From Eledone cirrhosa (Eukaryota): a stretch of 64,000 nucleotides of DNA. Positions 26,461-40,000 of the stretch are shown piece by piece; positions within the stretch are counted from its first letter, which is position 1, and each line of letters begins with the position of its first letter. The notes below the pieces were generated by a model. It did no database searches. It saw nothing but the letters and a program-made list of their open reading frames with translations, and was not told where the DNA came from. A program made the translations under genes and the position numbers. Where the stretch lies: assembly GCA_964016885.1 (NCBI GenBank), contig CAXHJY010000589.1, forward strand, positions 62,001-126,000. Reading direction: 5' to 3'.

Positions 26461-28290
26461 CTATATATAGTAATAATAATAAATTTCAAGACTAAAATCC
26501 AAAGAGGGCTCGATAAGGATAAATATATATCAAATATATAAGAACCGTAGAGCAAATATTTATTAAAATAACAGATTAAAGTTTAAGCAAAGAATCGCTG
26601 CTTTCACCCTTAACGGGATCTTCTGAAACTAACAAAGTCAATCTGTAAACGCAGAAGTGGATATTTCAAAAAACGTTGCAACCGGAGGAAGACAGGAAGA
26701 CGATACTTTGGTTCGCTGGCATATATATATATTCGTGTGTGTGCGCGCGCGTGTCGATCCTGCACGTGTAGTAATGTAGGTTAGGTCTGTTGTATATAAT
26801 ACGAGACTGATGCAAGAAAAGTGCATTACTGCTGTACTATATTATTAGCAGCATGTTCTATTCTCTCTTTACAAACATATATCCTATAAACTATCCACTA
26901 ATGAACAGGTGTTTACATTCCCGGCATTTTCTGGGTTGATTGATTAACAAAAAGAAGAGAAATGCTTATGACTCTCGAAAGAATTTTCTTTTGAAAAACA
27001 TCTGTTTTATGAAGGCATTTCATTTTTATTTTGTTAGTAAATGAAATATATAATTTTTTCTGTATAATTCCTGATAAATATTCATGTATGACTCTTTATA
27101 CTTTCTTGAAGTCTATAATCGTTATTTTACATAGTAAACTAATGTTTTTACAAAGCTACATGTCTTAATACGCCGCCTGCTTTAACATCACCTACTAGTC
27201 CTTGCGTGCCTTTAGCGGAATCTATTTTATTATTGCAAGCTTTGGAGTTAGGTTTCCGGTCGTATGATAACTACTTCCTTTTTTCTCGACTGTTTCGGAA
27301 TCCCTAACAAAGTTCACGGGTGTTGTCCTTCCTGATTTGACGAAGTGATAAGAAAAGCACGAATAAGTTCTAGTCTTTGCAATCAATGCGTATTATTTGA
27401 AGCTCAAGATCAATCATTTTGGAAGAGGGAAAGTCGAATAAATCTACTCCAATGCATTACTGGTACTTTATTTTATCAATCCCATAAGGATGAAAGGCTA
27501 AGCAAAACACAATTGCATAGTTATCAACGAGCCTTTGTTTATGTTAAGACAAGCCCAGAACTTTAGTTCATCTCGGACAGGCGTCCATCCATATTTAGTG
27601 TCGACTTGATACTGATCTATTATATTCGTTCCTCTATCATACTGGTTCGCAAACATACCCAACAGACATCTGCGTAACGTATCGTTATCTAGACTCTGAG
27701 GCATCGTGAGGTTTTGTTTATTTGTGTGTGTGTGTGTGATGTGTGAGTGTGAGTGTGAGTGTGTGTGTGTGAGTGTGAGTGTGAGAGAGAGAGAGAGTGT
27801 ATGTGTATGAGTCTGTGTGGTGTGTGAGTGTGAGTGTGAGAGAGAGAGAGAGTGTGTATGTGTGTGAGTGTGTGTGTGTGAGTGTGTGAGTGTGCATTTG
27901 TGTATGTGTGCATGTTTTTCTCGAAGTCTCAGTTTTATGCCGCTTTATACTTTTTAATCAGTTGTTTAATCAATGGATAGTAAAAGTCATAAATTTAATA
28001 GTGTTTAACCCGATAAAATGGTCCACAATAATATTGTGTAGTTTAAAGTAACGATAGGACTTTCAATAGTTCTATAAAGTGTATTGTTGTAGAATGTAAA
28101 TAAAGTGAGAAAAATATGAATATTCAAAACGGTGAAGAGACTTAAAACGATTCATTCCATTCAAAGAGTTTTCCCACCGATTTGTTCTTCTCTGTGTAAA
28201 TTTAATCAGAACTAATCACTAAACTATGCAGGAACATGTATATATGCATGTGCATACATAAATATTTATGCATTAAAAAAATATATATAT

Positions 28291-28330
<40 letters not shown>

Positions 28331-28357
28331 TAGAGAGAAAGAGAGAGAGAGAGAGAA

Positions 28358-28394
<37 letters not shown>

Positions 28395-28446
28395 TAGAGA
28401 GAGAAAGAGATAGAGAGAGAAAGAGATAGAGAGAGAGAGAGAAATT

Positions 28447-28478
<32 letters not shown>

Positions 28479-28505
28479 AAGAAAGAGAGAGAGAAAGAGA
28501 GAAAG

Positions 28506-28568
<63 letters not shown>

Positions 28569-28611
28569 AAGAGAGAGAAAGAGAGAGAGAGAAAGAGAGA
28601 GAGAAAGAGAG

Positions 28612-28674
<63 letters not shown>

Positions 28675-29949
28675 ATTGATATTTGTTATTTCACTTGTTA
28701 GTAAACTCTAAGAGTATAGCTACAAAACTAATATAGCTAAGAGTAAATAGAGAAGGTTGGCGGGTTTATGTAACAGGCTACCTCGTCACTACATTACCAT
28801 ATGATTATCACTAAAATAGCCATATGACTACTGATTAAATGGTTCACTCTGTAACTAGGGCATTTGTTTTAACTTTAGGAGTGTGACGGGCATATAAAAT
28901 AGTCGCGAGTTTTCCAACGCTGTTTGACAAGAACCAAATGAACTCAAAAGTGACTCTGAAGCAGATAACAAAGTTGCAACGTTGAGCAAAATCTGATAGG
29001 ATTCGAACAAACTACCTTTTTTTACTGGCTTAAGGTAGAGTAAAGACCCGCTTCGGTCACAAGTGACCATGGGATTTGCACCTAGAAAGTTTCCCTTTCG
29101 AAGTCCGGACAAGGTTGTTTATAGAAGACCTGCAGTCCCCCATGTGTACCAGTCTCCCCTCTCCATGCCACCGATGATGTCCAAGGGAAAGGCAATGGCC
29201 GATACAGTGTGGCACCAGTAACGTCAAAACTCATTTCTACAGTTGAGTGAACTGGTGCAACGTCAAATAAAGTGTCTTGCTCAAGAACACAACGCAAAGC
29301 CCGGTCCGAGAATCGAATTCACAAACTTACGATTGAATGCCCGACGCTCTAACCACTAAGCCATGCACCTTCACACTGGCTGAGTCGTAGGATAAAGTAC
29401 ATTTTTCAGGACCTCCGAGGAATATCAACAGTTATGAGACCTAGCCGAAATGCTTCCAACAGCGAGGACTAATCCGCTAAGAGTTCCTAAGGGCAAGATT
29501 GTGATGTTAAACAGTGTGATAGATTAAGTCTACCCCTAACAAAGAACCTCATATCAAATGATCATTGGAATAAGTTATTAGCATGATTTTTATCTTAACT
29601 AGACTAATCCCGGCAATATCCAAGACTAAGCTTAAATATATATTGGTATGGAATGAGAAAATGGGACAAGAGGAGAAATGGATTCAATAAGGAATTGAAG
29701 TCTGACTTATTCCACCGATAGATAACCTATTACCTTATAATAAACATTTAGGCAATACATATTATTAATTGAATTGTAAGGATTCATAACAAAATCATTT
29801 CTTAACGAAGAAAATATTTCTAGAAAGATGAACTGCAACTTTTCAACGATAATGAAATACCTGTCGATTCTGTCCCCTAAAATCTCTGATATTGTACAAC
29901 GTGAGAAATTATCATTACAGTTTGCTACAGAATGGAATGTAAAATAGGA

Positions 29950-30190
29950 AAATATAAAAAAAACGGAAAATGAAGGAAAAGGCAAGGAAGAATGGAGAGG
30001 GGTAGGGTGAGGGTGATTGGGGTCTGGGCCTCGGCGCAGCGGTAGAGGGGCTGCATCCCGCGGACAAGACCGCAAAAGCATTCCCCCGGACTATGGCCAG
30101 CGACACTCGCTGCAACAGCCACCCCACTTCGCGGGGCTCCTTCCTCAGATGGGCCGCCGACGGGGTCTAAGTACGCCTGAGGTCTCGAAT
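29950..30190 (-). mobile_element. 3' fragment of a CRE/R2-group (restriction-like endonuclease) non-LTR element; second copy ~41760-41985
   Basis: Encodes ETSGV and EPREVGWLLQRVSLAIVRGNAFAV, resembling the C-terminal QR.S.A..RGNA motif of CRE-type elements. Confidence 0.65.
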
Positions 30191-31729
30191 AAAAGCGCTT
30201 TCCATTCTTCGTTGGTGAGGATTATTGTTGGTCAGCTGTTGAAGATAGAACAATCTGAAATGTTTTCCCTCACCCTTCGTTCCAGTGTGCCACCATTTCT
30301 TCTACTTTCAACCAGTCACTCGAGACAGACATAAGATCTTTTATTCTGCCCAAAGTGTTTTCGGTTTATTGATCTTCAGTATATCTCAATAGGGGAAAGG
30401 CTGGATATAGCTCGAAGGTCAGTAATGCGTTCGTGGTCAGCTCATAGCGTATCGTAGAACAGATAGCAGGGTTTTGAAAGACCTCCATGTCACCAATGAA
30501 AAGTTTTGTCCACGTGATACCCTCCATACCATTGAACAGGGAGAAATCAATACCAATATTTTAACTAAATCAACTTAAACAAGAATCTAAACTTTATCCT
30601 AAATATTTGCCTCTGCAACATCAGAAAATCTATAAAATTCTATAACATTGGGAAAGCATAAGCCCCTTTTCTTATACATTTCCTCCAAATACTTTTACAG
30701 CTACTTATGTAACATAATTTATATAAGCACTTCTTAACCTTGGAGCTAATTACCAAGTAGAGAACTTGCTTTTTAGATTGAAAAATTCTTTATCATTATT
30801 CACAACATTTTTGCGAGATTTATTTTTCTTAATATAAGAGTATTTATGTTATACAATAAATTGTATTGTATACAAGACTACTTCGTTCTTATCATATATG
30901 GGGGACGGCGACGGTGAACTGGTAAAAGGGGAATACAGAAAGATGATTAAAAAGCTTGGTTTAGATAAAGCAGGGAATATATTTAGATCTAGCAGTATAC
31001 ATCAATAAGCATACGGCGTAAGAGAATTATATAAGATAACAGCACATCAATGTAGATGAATAGTTTGTACAAATTAGGCAGGAGCCCGATGGATCTGCAG
31101 CTTTTAATGTCATATTTCTTTTATAAATGTATGATGCTGGCATTGTTCCAAATACTGGGCTTTTCATTTGATTTTATGCATTTTCTCAAGAGATCTGCTA
31201 CTTGCCTACAAACTGGGCAAGCTCATTCTTTGAGGAACTCAATGAGCACTTAATTTTCACCTGGTACTTTTCTGATTTTCATATCTTTCAATGCTTTCCT
31301 AATTCCATCACCTAATATGTCTAATGAGGTGTCCAATTGGCAGAGTCGTTAGAACGTCGGATAGAATGCTTTATGATATTCGTCCCGGCTCTCTGAGTTC
31401 AAATCCCACCGAGGTCAATAAAAAAAAGTACCAGTCTAGTACTGGGGTCGATTCTTCCTCTATATCTCTTTCTCACTTTCTATCCTTCTCTGGAAGAAAT
31501 CTGCTGTACTCAGACCTGGAGAGAGATGGGCCCCGCCAGGCTTTAAATTCCCACGAAACGCCGTATGTCAATACGGCGCCCCTAGTTACGGGACCATTCC
31601 ACACCAATATGTCTAATACTACATCTTCATCAACTACATTAATTTTTGGAACCCTTAAATGTTTTTGTTTGTGTATAAATCCTGATAAAAGTTTTCTATC
31701 CTTTGAACGACGTCTTCTTTATCATTATA

Positions 31730-31907
31730 GGCAGTATCGGTGGAGGGTCGGACGCCATGCTTTCCAGCATAGTTACGTCCCTTTACGATCTGAGTTCAAA
31801 TCCCACCAAGGTTGACTTTGCCTTTCATCCTTACGGGGTCGATAAAATAAAGTACCAGTAATGCACTGGGTAATTGCTGGCCTTGTGCCTAAAGTAGAAA
31901 CAATTAT
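31730..31907 (+). mobile_element. Family A SINE
   Basis: Matches the 5878 consensus. Confidence 0.85.
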
Positions 31908-32325
31908 AACTTATTACTAGATTTGTGATTTCCTTAAAATAAAATTTCTTTTAGTTCTTTTAAATATATTTTTCTGTACCGCTTGCTCAGTTTTGTGCAT
32001 ATTAAATGTTCATCTTTCTTTCATTTATTCCCTAATTTATTTACAAGTTTATACATATTCCACCTTCTCAGTACTGATTTCTTTTTTTATTTCCCTTTTT
32101 TTTTTCATAAACGTGTTTCCTGAGACAAATCTTTCTCTTTAGAATATTTCTTTCTCCCTGCTAAAATGAGTACAATGTCTTTGATTGCTCAGTTCAACAT
32201 ATAACACTTCAAATTTATCTTCTATATCAATTCTATATTATATTCCCGTTTGATATTCACGTACAGTTACTTATGGTTTCCCTTTCCCGACTAATATAGT
32301 CCCATTTTAATCATCTAGTCTCTTC

Positions 32326-32600
32326 TTATTCCTGAAAGGGTGTGGAGTCAGAGTCCTCAAACACTCCTTCCAGCGGGTCCTGACAGAAGTAAACGTCTCC
32401 CACATATTTATGAGAGGGTCTTGGGGTCAGAGTCCTCAAACACTCCTTCCAGCGGGTCCTGTCAGAAGCAACCACCTCTAGTTGATCCGGCTTGATCTCC
32501 AAGCGAGGCCAGCTGAGCTCATGGGTGTTAACCAATCATCTTTCTCGGGGTCAACTCTTGGGTCTCCTTCCGGTTAGTTTTTCCCGTAGAATCTTATTAA
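32326..32600 (-). mobile_element. RTE-type LINE 3' fragment with internal duplication; sister copy at ~3250-3440
   Basis: HELSWPRLEIKPDQLEVVASDRTRWKECL; the block CAGAGTCCTCAAACACTCCTTCCA is shared with the copy near 3260. Confidence 0.65.
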
Positions 32601-32658
32601 TCTTAATTTTGTGCCCTTGCCAGACTAGGGTTAACCAAACAGATTTGAATTTAAAAAT

Positions 32659-32838
32659 TAATTGTTTCTACTTTAGGCACAAGGCCAGCAATTACCCAGT
32701 GCATTACTGGTACTTTATTTTATCGACCCCGTAAGGATGAAAGGCAAAGTCAACCTCGGCGGGATTTGAACTCAGATCGTAAAGGGACGTAACTATGCTG
32801 GAAAGCATGGCGTCCGACCCTCTACCGATACTGCCAAT
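32659..32838 (-). mobile_element. Family A SINE
   Basis: Reverse complement of the 5878 consensus. Confidence 0.85.
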
Positions 32839-33384
32839 AATGAGATGTAACTAGATATCGCCCTAATTCAAACCCAATAAAAAAACACGTCAGGCTGGTC
32901 CTAACTGAAAAACCTTTGATCATAAACCTTCTTGATGAAGATTGAGGTGGAATTAAACATCTTGTTGCGATTTAGCTCCAAGTCAGCCTTGATCGAGCAG
33001 GCCTCTGATGATAGGTGTTCCAGCTATGACCATCACGTCTTTTTTGTTAAATGTCAGATAGTCAGGTGTGATTTCAGGAGGATTTGGCTGCTATTTTTAA
33101 GAGGTGGAGCGACCACATGAAAGTTGTTTCTGTGAGCTCATTTCTCTCCACCTTCCCGACCACAGAATAAGCTGTTCGTCTATTAAAGTCAATAAAACAA
33201 GCACTACATTGTTGCTACTGCCGGACTGTTGGTTGAGGATCAAACATTCGAATGGCTTACAGCTGTCGCAGACTAGTTGTCAACCTCACTTGAGATATGC
33301 TGTTTGTTCATCTAATAAGTTTAAAACTAGTATAAACCTCACTCCTACACATTCACCAATATTTACAATTGTCTGGATACACTC

Positions 33385-33660
33385 GTGGAGGCACGTGGCC
33401 TAGTGGTAAGAGTGTTGGACTTACGATCATAATGTCGTGGATTCGATTCCTGGGTTGTGTGTTGTGTTCTTGAGCAAAACACTTTATTTCACGTTGCTCC
33501 AGTATACTCAACTGAAAACGAGTACCAGCAATAGCTGGAGGTTTAACCCTGCGATGGACTGGCGTCCTGTCCAGCGGGGAGTCTTGTACTCTGAGTCGCT
33601 TCACGCCATGAAACCGGGATAAGCACCGGCCAAATGAGCCTTCTGGCTTAAGACAGACTT
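33385..33660 (+). mobile_element. tRNA-derived SINE, family B
   Basis: Colinear with the 286-530 copy (GGCCTAGTGGTAAG...TTCGATTCC...AACCCTGCGATGGACTGG). Confidence 0.8.
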
Positions 33661-33904
33661 TAGATGGATACACTCACAGACGCGGGAAAATGTTTGTATG
33701 TGTGGCTTTAAGGTTATAGTAGTACAAATGTGCGTGAATATGTGTGTTTGTATGAATGCGCTCACAATAATAATTATGTGTGTAGGCATGCCATACATTT
33801 TTGGAGGTAATGTTAGCTCTAGGAAACGACGTCTTTGTGTTGATTTGTAAGAATTTCAGAAGTTTTGGGTTTCTTCCAGTTTAGGCTATATAAACAGTTA
33901 CAAT

Positions 33905-34258
33905 CACTACTACTACTACTACCACCACCATTACTACTACAGCTACTACCACCACCACTACTACCACCACTGCAACTACCACCACCACCACCATTACTAC
34001 TACTACTACCACCACTACCACCACCACAACCACCATTACTACTACTACCACCACCACCACTGCTACCACCACTACTACTACTACCGCCACCACCACTAAC
34101 GTTAGTATCACCACCACCACCATTACTACTACCACCACCACCACTACTACCACCACCAACACCACCACTACTACCACCACCGTTACCACCACCACCACTA
34201 CTACCACTACCACCCCCACTGCTACCACCACCGCCACCACTACCACCACTACTACTAA
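33905..34258. repeat. (ACC/ACT)n compound trinucleotide microsatellite
   Basis: Direct inspection. Confidence 0.92.
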
Positions 34259-34394
34259 TGATGATAATTATGATAATATCAATAGGTAGGTGTGGGTAGC
34301 CGAGTGAGAGAAGTGGTTAAGTAATCCAAGTAATATCGTGACGTAGACTCCACCGTATCCTTGTGTGTAACCTTACACCAATGTAAGACATCGT

Positions 34395-35250
34395 GGGTTG
34401 GCAGTAGCGGTAGAGCGTCGGACACCATGCGTTGTAGCATAGAGTTACGGCCCTTTATGGTCTGAGTTCAAATCCCGCCGAGGTTAACTTTGCCTTTCAT
34501 CCTTACGGGGTCGATAAAATAAAGTACCAGTAATACACTGGGGTATTTGCTGGCCTTGTACCAAAGGTAGAAATAATTATTTCTTACGGGGTCGATAAAA
34601 TAAAGTACCAGTAATACACTGGGTATTTGCTGGCCTTGTGCTAAAAGTAGAAACAATTATTTCTTACGGGGTCGATAAAATAAAGTACCAGTAATACACT
34701 GGGGGTATTTGATGGCCTTGTGCCAAAGGTAGAAATAATTATTTCTTACGGGGTCGATAAAATAAAGTACCAGTAATACACTGGGTATTTGCTGGCCTTG
34801 TGCTAAAAGTAGAAACAATTATTTCGGCAGTATCGGACGCCATGCTTTGCAGCAAAGAGTTACGGCCCTTTATGGTCTGAGTTCAAATCCCGCCGAGGTT
34901 AACTTTGCCTTTCATCCTTACGGGGTCGATAAAATAAAGTACCAGTAATGCACTGGGGGTATTTGCTGGCCTTGTGCCAAAGGTAGAAATAATTATTTCT
35001 TACGGGGTCGATAAAATAAAGTACCAGTAATACACTGGGTATTTGCTGGCCTTGTGCTAAAAGTAGAAACAATTATTTCGGCAGTATCGGACGCCATGCT
35101 TTGCAGCAAAGAGCTACGGCCCTTTATGGTCTGAGTTCAAATCCCGCCGAGGTTGACTTTGCCTTTCATCCTTACGGGGTCGAGAAAATAAAGTACCAGT
35201 AATACACTGGGTAATTGCTGGCCTTGTGCCAAAAGTAGAAACAATTATTA
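34395..35250 (+). repeat. Tandem array of family A SINE bodies and ~75-bp 3' fragments
   Basis: Repeated CTTACGGGGTCGATAAAATAAAGTACCAG...GTAGAAAYAATTATTT units. Confidence 0.85.
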
Positions 35251-35764
35251 TTTCAGCAATGACGAGGGCGGTGATTTAGCAGTAATCGGTAGAGCATCAG
35301 ACACCAGGCTTTGCGGCATAGAGTTACGGCCCTTTACGTTCTGAGTTTAACTCCCGCCGAGTTCAGCTTGCTTTGCCTTCCTTACGGGGTTAGATAAAAT
35401 AAAGTACCAGTAATACACTGGATCGCTTTAATCAACTTTTACCCTCCTCTCCTTCAATTGCTGGCCTTGTGCCTAAAGAAACAACAATTATTATTTCGGC
35501 AGTGAAGATGGCGGTGGTTGGCGGTGATCGGTAGAGCGTCAGACACGATGTTTTGCGAGAAAAGCGTTGTAAAATTAACAACTGTAACAATAGAAACAAT
35601 AATAATTGTTTCTACTTGAAGCACAAGGCCAGCAATTTAAAGGAAAGGGAAAAAATTGAGTAAATCGACCTCACTACATTACTGGTACTTTATTTTATTA
35701 ACACCGTAAGGATGAAAGGCAAGGCTAACCTTGGCAGGAGTTGAACTCAGACCATAAAGGGCCG

Positions 35765-36495
35765 TAACCCTTTGCTGCAAAGCATGGCGTCCGACCCTCT
35801 ACCGATACTGCCGAAATATTTGTTTCTACTTTTAGCACAAGGCCAGCAATTATCCAGTGTATTACTGGTACTTTATTTTATCGACACCGTAAGAAATAAT
35901 TGTTTCTACTTTTGGCACAAGGCCAGCAATTACCTCAGTGTATTACTGGTACTTTATTTTATCGAACCCGTAAGAAATAATTGTTTCTACTTTTGGCACA
36001 AGGCCAGCAATTATCCCAGTGTATTACTGGTACTTTATTTTATCGAACCCGTAAGAAATAATTGTTTCTACTTTTGGCACAAGCCCAGCAATTACCTCAG
36101 TGTATTACTGGTACTTTATTTTATCGACCCCGTAAGAAATAATTGTTTCTACTTTTAGCACAAGGCCAGCAATTACCTCAGTGTATTACTGGTACTTTAT
36201 TTTATCGACCCCGTAAGAAATAATTGTTTCTACTTTTGGCACAAGGCCAGCAATTACCTCAGTGTATTACTGGTACTTTATTTTATCGAACCCGTAAGAA
36301 ATAATTATTTCTACTTTTGGCACAAGGCCAATAAATACAGCTAGTGTATTACTGGTATTTTATTTTATCGACCCCGTAAGGATGAAAGGCAAAGTTAACC
36401 TCGGCGGGATTTGAACTCAGACCGTAAAGGGTCGTAACTCTAGTATAAATCATGGTGTCCGACGCTCTACCGGTTACTGCCAATATACCGCCCTA
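35765..36495 (-). repeat. Tandem array (~8 x 75 bp) of the family A SINE 3' fragment in opposite orientation
   Basis: Repeated AATAATTGTTTCTACTTTTGGCACAAGG...CCGTAAGA units. Confidence 0.88.
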
Positions 36496-37081
36496 GTAGA
36501 AGCAATTATAACGAGACAAGCTTCAGTAACAGCAATGGTTTCTGGTTTAGGCACAAGGCCAGCAATTTTAAGGGAAGTGGAAATCAACCCCAGTGCATTA
36601 CTGGTACTTTATTTTATTGACCCCGTAAGGATGGAAGGCAAAGCTAACCCCGGCAGGATTTGAACTCAGAACGTAAAGGGCCATAACTCTATGCCGCTTA
36701 GCTTGTTGTCCGACGCTCTACTTATTCTGCCAATCCACCGATAATGAGTTCTATTTTGACACAAATCCAGCATTTTAAGGGAAGTGGAAAGATGCAAGGG
36801 AAAGTTGACCAGGATTGCGACTCAGAATGTAAAGGGCTGTAACTAAATGCTGATTTTTTTTTTCCAGAAAAAGATAGAAAGTGAGAGAAGGGAAATGAGA
36901 AAGAGATATAGAGGAAGAATTGACCCCAGTACTTGACTGGTACTTTTTTTTATCGACTTCGAAAGGATGAAAAGCAAAGTTGACCTCGGCAGGAAATTGA
37001 ACTCAAAGAGCAAAGAGTCGAAATAAATATCATCAAAAAAGCATTCTATCCGACGCTGCAACGACTCTGCCAATTGGTCGC

Positions 37082-40000
37082 CTAGTAACTAGTGTAGCGA
37101 CAGTAAAAGTACTAAATACTAGTAACAAGTGTAGCGACAGTAAAAGTACTAAATAGTAGTAACAAGTGTAACGACAGTAAAAGTACTAAATACTAGTAAC
37201 AAGTGTAACGACAGTAAAAGTACTAAATACTAGTAACAAGTGTAGCGACAGTAAAAGTACTAAATACTAGTAACAAGTGTAGCGACAGTAAAAGTACTAA
37301 ATACTAGTAACAAGTGTAACGACAGTAAAAGTACTAAATACTAGTAACAAGTGTAACGACAGTAAAAGTACTAAATACTAGTAACAAGTGTAACGACAGT
37401 AAAAGTACTAAATACTAGTAACAAGTGTAACGACAGTAAAAGTACTAAATACTAGTAACTAGTGTAGCGACAGTAAAAGTACTAAATACTAGTAACTAGT
37501 GTAGCGACAGTAAAAGTACTAAATACTAGTAACTAGTGTAGCGACAGTAAAAGTACTAAATACTAGTAACTAGTGTAGCGACAGTAAAAGTACTAAATAC
37601 TAGTAACTAGTGTAGCGACAGTAAAAGTACTAAATACTAGTAACAAGTGTAACGACAGTAAAAGTACTAAATACTAGTAACAAGTGTAACGACAGTAAAA
37701 GTACTAAATACTAGTAACAAGTGTAACGACAGTAAAAGTACTAAATACTAGTAACTAGTGTAGCGACAGTAAAAGTACTAAATACTAGTAACTAGTGTAG
37801 CGACAGTAAAAGTACTAAATAGTAGTAACAAGTGTAGCGACAGTAAAAGTACTAAATACTAGTAACTAGTGTAGCGACAGTAAAAGTACTAAATACTAAT
37901 AACAAGTGTAGCGACAGTAAAAGTACAAACTACTAGTAACAAGTGTAGCGACAGTAAAAGTACTAAATACTAGTAACTAGTGTAGCGACAGTAAAAGTAC
38001 TAAATACTAGTAACAAGTGTAGCGACAGTAAAAGTACAAACTACTAGTAACAAGTGTAGCGACAGTAAAAGTACTAAATACTAGTAACTAGTGTAGCGAC
38101 AGTAAAAGTACTAAATACTAGTAACAAGTGTAGCGACAGTAAAAGTACAAACTACTAGTAACAAGTGTAGCGACAGTAAAAGTACAAACTACTAGTAACT
38201 AGTGTAGCGACAGTAAAAGTACTAAATAGTAGTAACAAGTGTAGCGACAGTAAAAGTACTAAATACTAGTAACAAGTGTAGCGACAGTAAAAGTACTAAA
38301 TACTAGTAACAAGTGTAGCGACAGTAAAAGTACTAAATACTAGTAACAAGTGTAGCGACAGTAAAAGTACTAAATACTAGTAACTAGTGTAGCGACAGTA
38401 AAAGTACTAAATACTAGTAACTAGTGTAGCGACAGTAAAAGTACTAAATACTAGTAACAAGTGTAGCGACAGTAAAAGTACTAAATACTAGTAACTAGTG
38501 TAGCGACAGTAAAAGTACTAAATACTAGTAACAAGTGTAACGACAGTAAAAGTACTAAATACTAGTAACAAGTGTAGCGACAGTAAAAGTACTAAATACT
38601 AGTAACAAGTGTAGCGACAGTAAAAGTACTAAATACTAGTAACAAGTGTAACGACAGTAAAAGTACTAAATACTAGTAACAAGTGTAGCGACAGTAAAAG
38701 TACTAAATACTAGTAACAAGTGTAGCGACAGTAAAAGTACTAAATACTAGTAACAAGTGTAGCGACAGTAAAAGTACTAAATACTAGTAACAAGTGTAAC
38801 GACAGTAAAAGTACTAAATACTAGTAACAAGTGTAGCGACAGTAAAAGTACTAAATACTAGTAACAAGTGTAGCGACAGTAAAAGTACTAAATACTAGTA
38901 ACAAGTGTAGCGACAGTAAAAGTACTAAATACTAGTAACAAGTGTAGCGACAGTAAAAGTACTAAATACTAGTAACAAGTGCAGCGACAGTAAAAGTACT
39001 AAATACTAGTAACAAGTGTAGCGACAGTAAAAGTACTAAATACTAGTAACAAGTGTAGCGACAGTAAAAGTACTAAATACTAGTAACAAGTGTAGCGACA
39101 GTAAAAGTACAAACTACTAGTAACAAGTGTAGCGACAGTAAAAGTACAAACTACTAGTAACAAGTGTAGCGACAGTAAAAGTACTAAATACTAGTAACAA
39201 GTGTAGCGACAGTAAAAGTACTAAATACTAGTAACTAGTGTAGCGACAGTAAAAGTACTAAATACTAGTAACAAGTGTAGCGACAGTAAAAGTACTAAAT
39301 ACTAGTAACAAGTGCAGCGACAGTAAAAGTACAAACTACTAGTAACAAGTGTAGCGACAGTAAAAGTACTAAATACTAGTAACAAGTGTAGCGACAGTAA
39401 AAGTACTAAATACTAGTAACTAGTGTAGCGACAGTAAAAGTACTAAATACTAGTAACAAGTGTAGCGACAGTAAAAGTACTAAATACTAGTAACAAGTGC
39501 AGCGACAGTAAAAGTACAAACTACTAGTAACAAGTGTAGCGACAGTAAAAGTACTAAATACTAGTAACAAGTGTAGCGACAGTAAAAGTACTAAATACTA
39601 GTAACTAGTGTAGCGACAGTAAAAGTACTAAATACTAGTAACAAGTGTAGCGACAGTAAAAGTACTAAATACTAGTAACAAGTGCAGCGACAGTAAAAGT
39701 ACAAACTACTAGTAACAAGTGTAGCGACAGTAAAAGTACTAAATACTAGTAACTAGTGTAGCGACAGTAAAAGTACTAAATACTAGTAACAAGTGTAGCG
39801 ACAGTAAAAGTACTAAATACTAGTAACTAGTGTAGCGACAGTAAAAGTACTAAATACTAGTAACAAGTGTAGCGACAGTAAAAGTACTAAATACTAGTAA
39901 CTAGTGTAGCGACAGTAAAAGTACTAAATACTAGTAACTAGTGTAGCGACAGTAAAAGTACTAAATACTAGTAACAAGTGTAGCGACAGTAAAAGTACTA

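Noticed and set aside
33865-34299. Pro-rich and Val-rich ORFs
   Set aside because: Translation of an (ACC/ACT)n microsatellite; the same applies to the ER, YI, HT and CV dipeptide ORFs elsewhere
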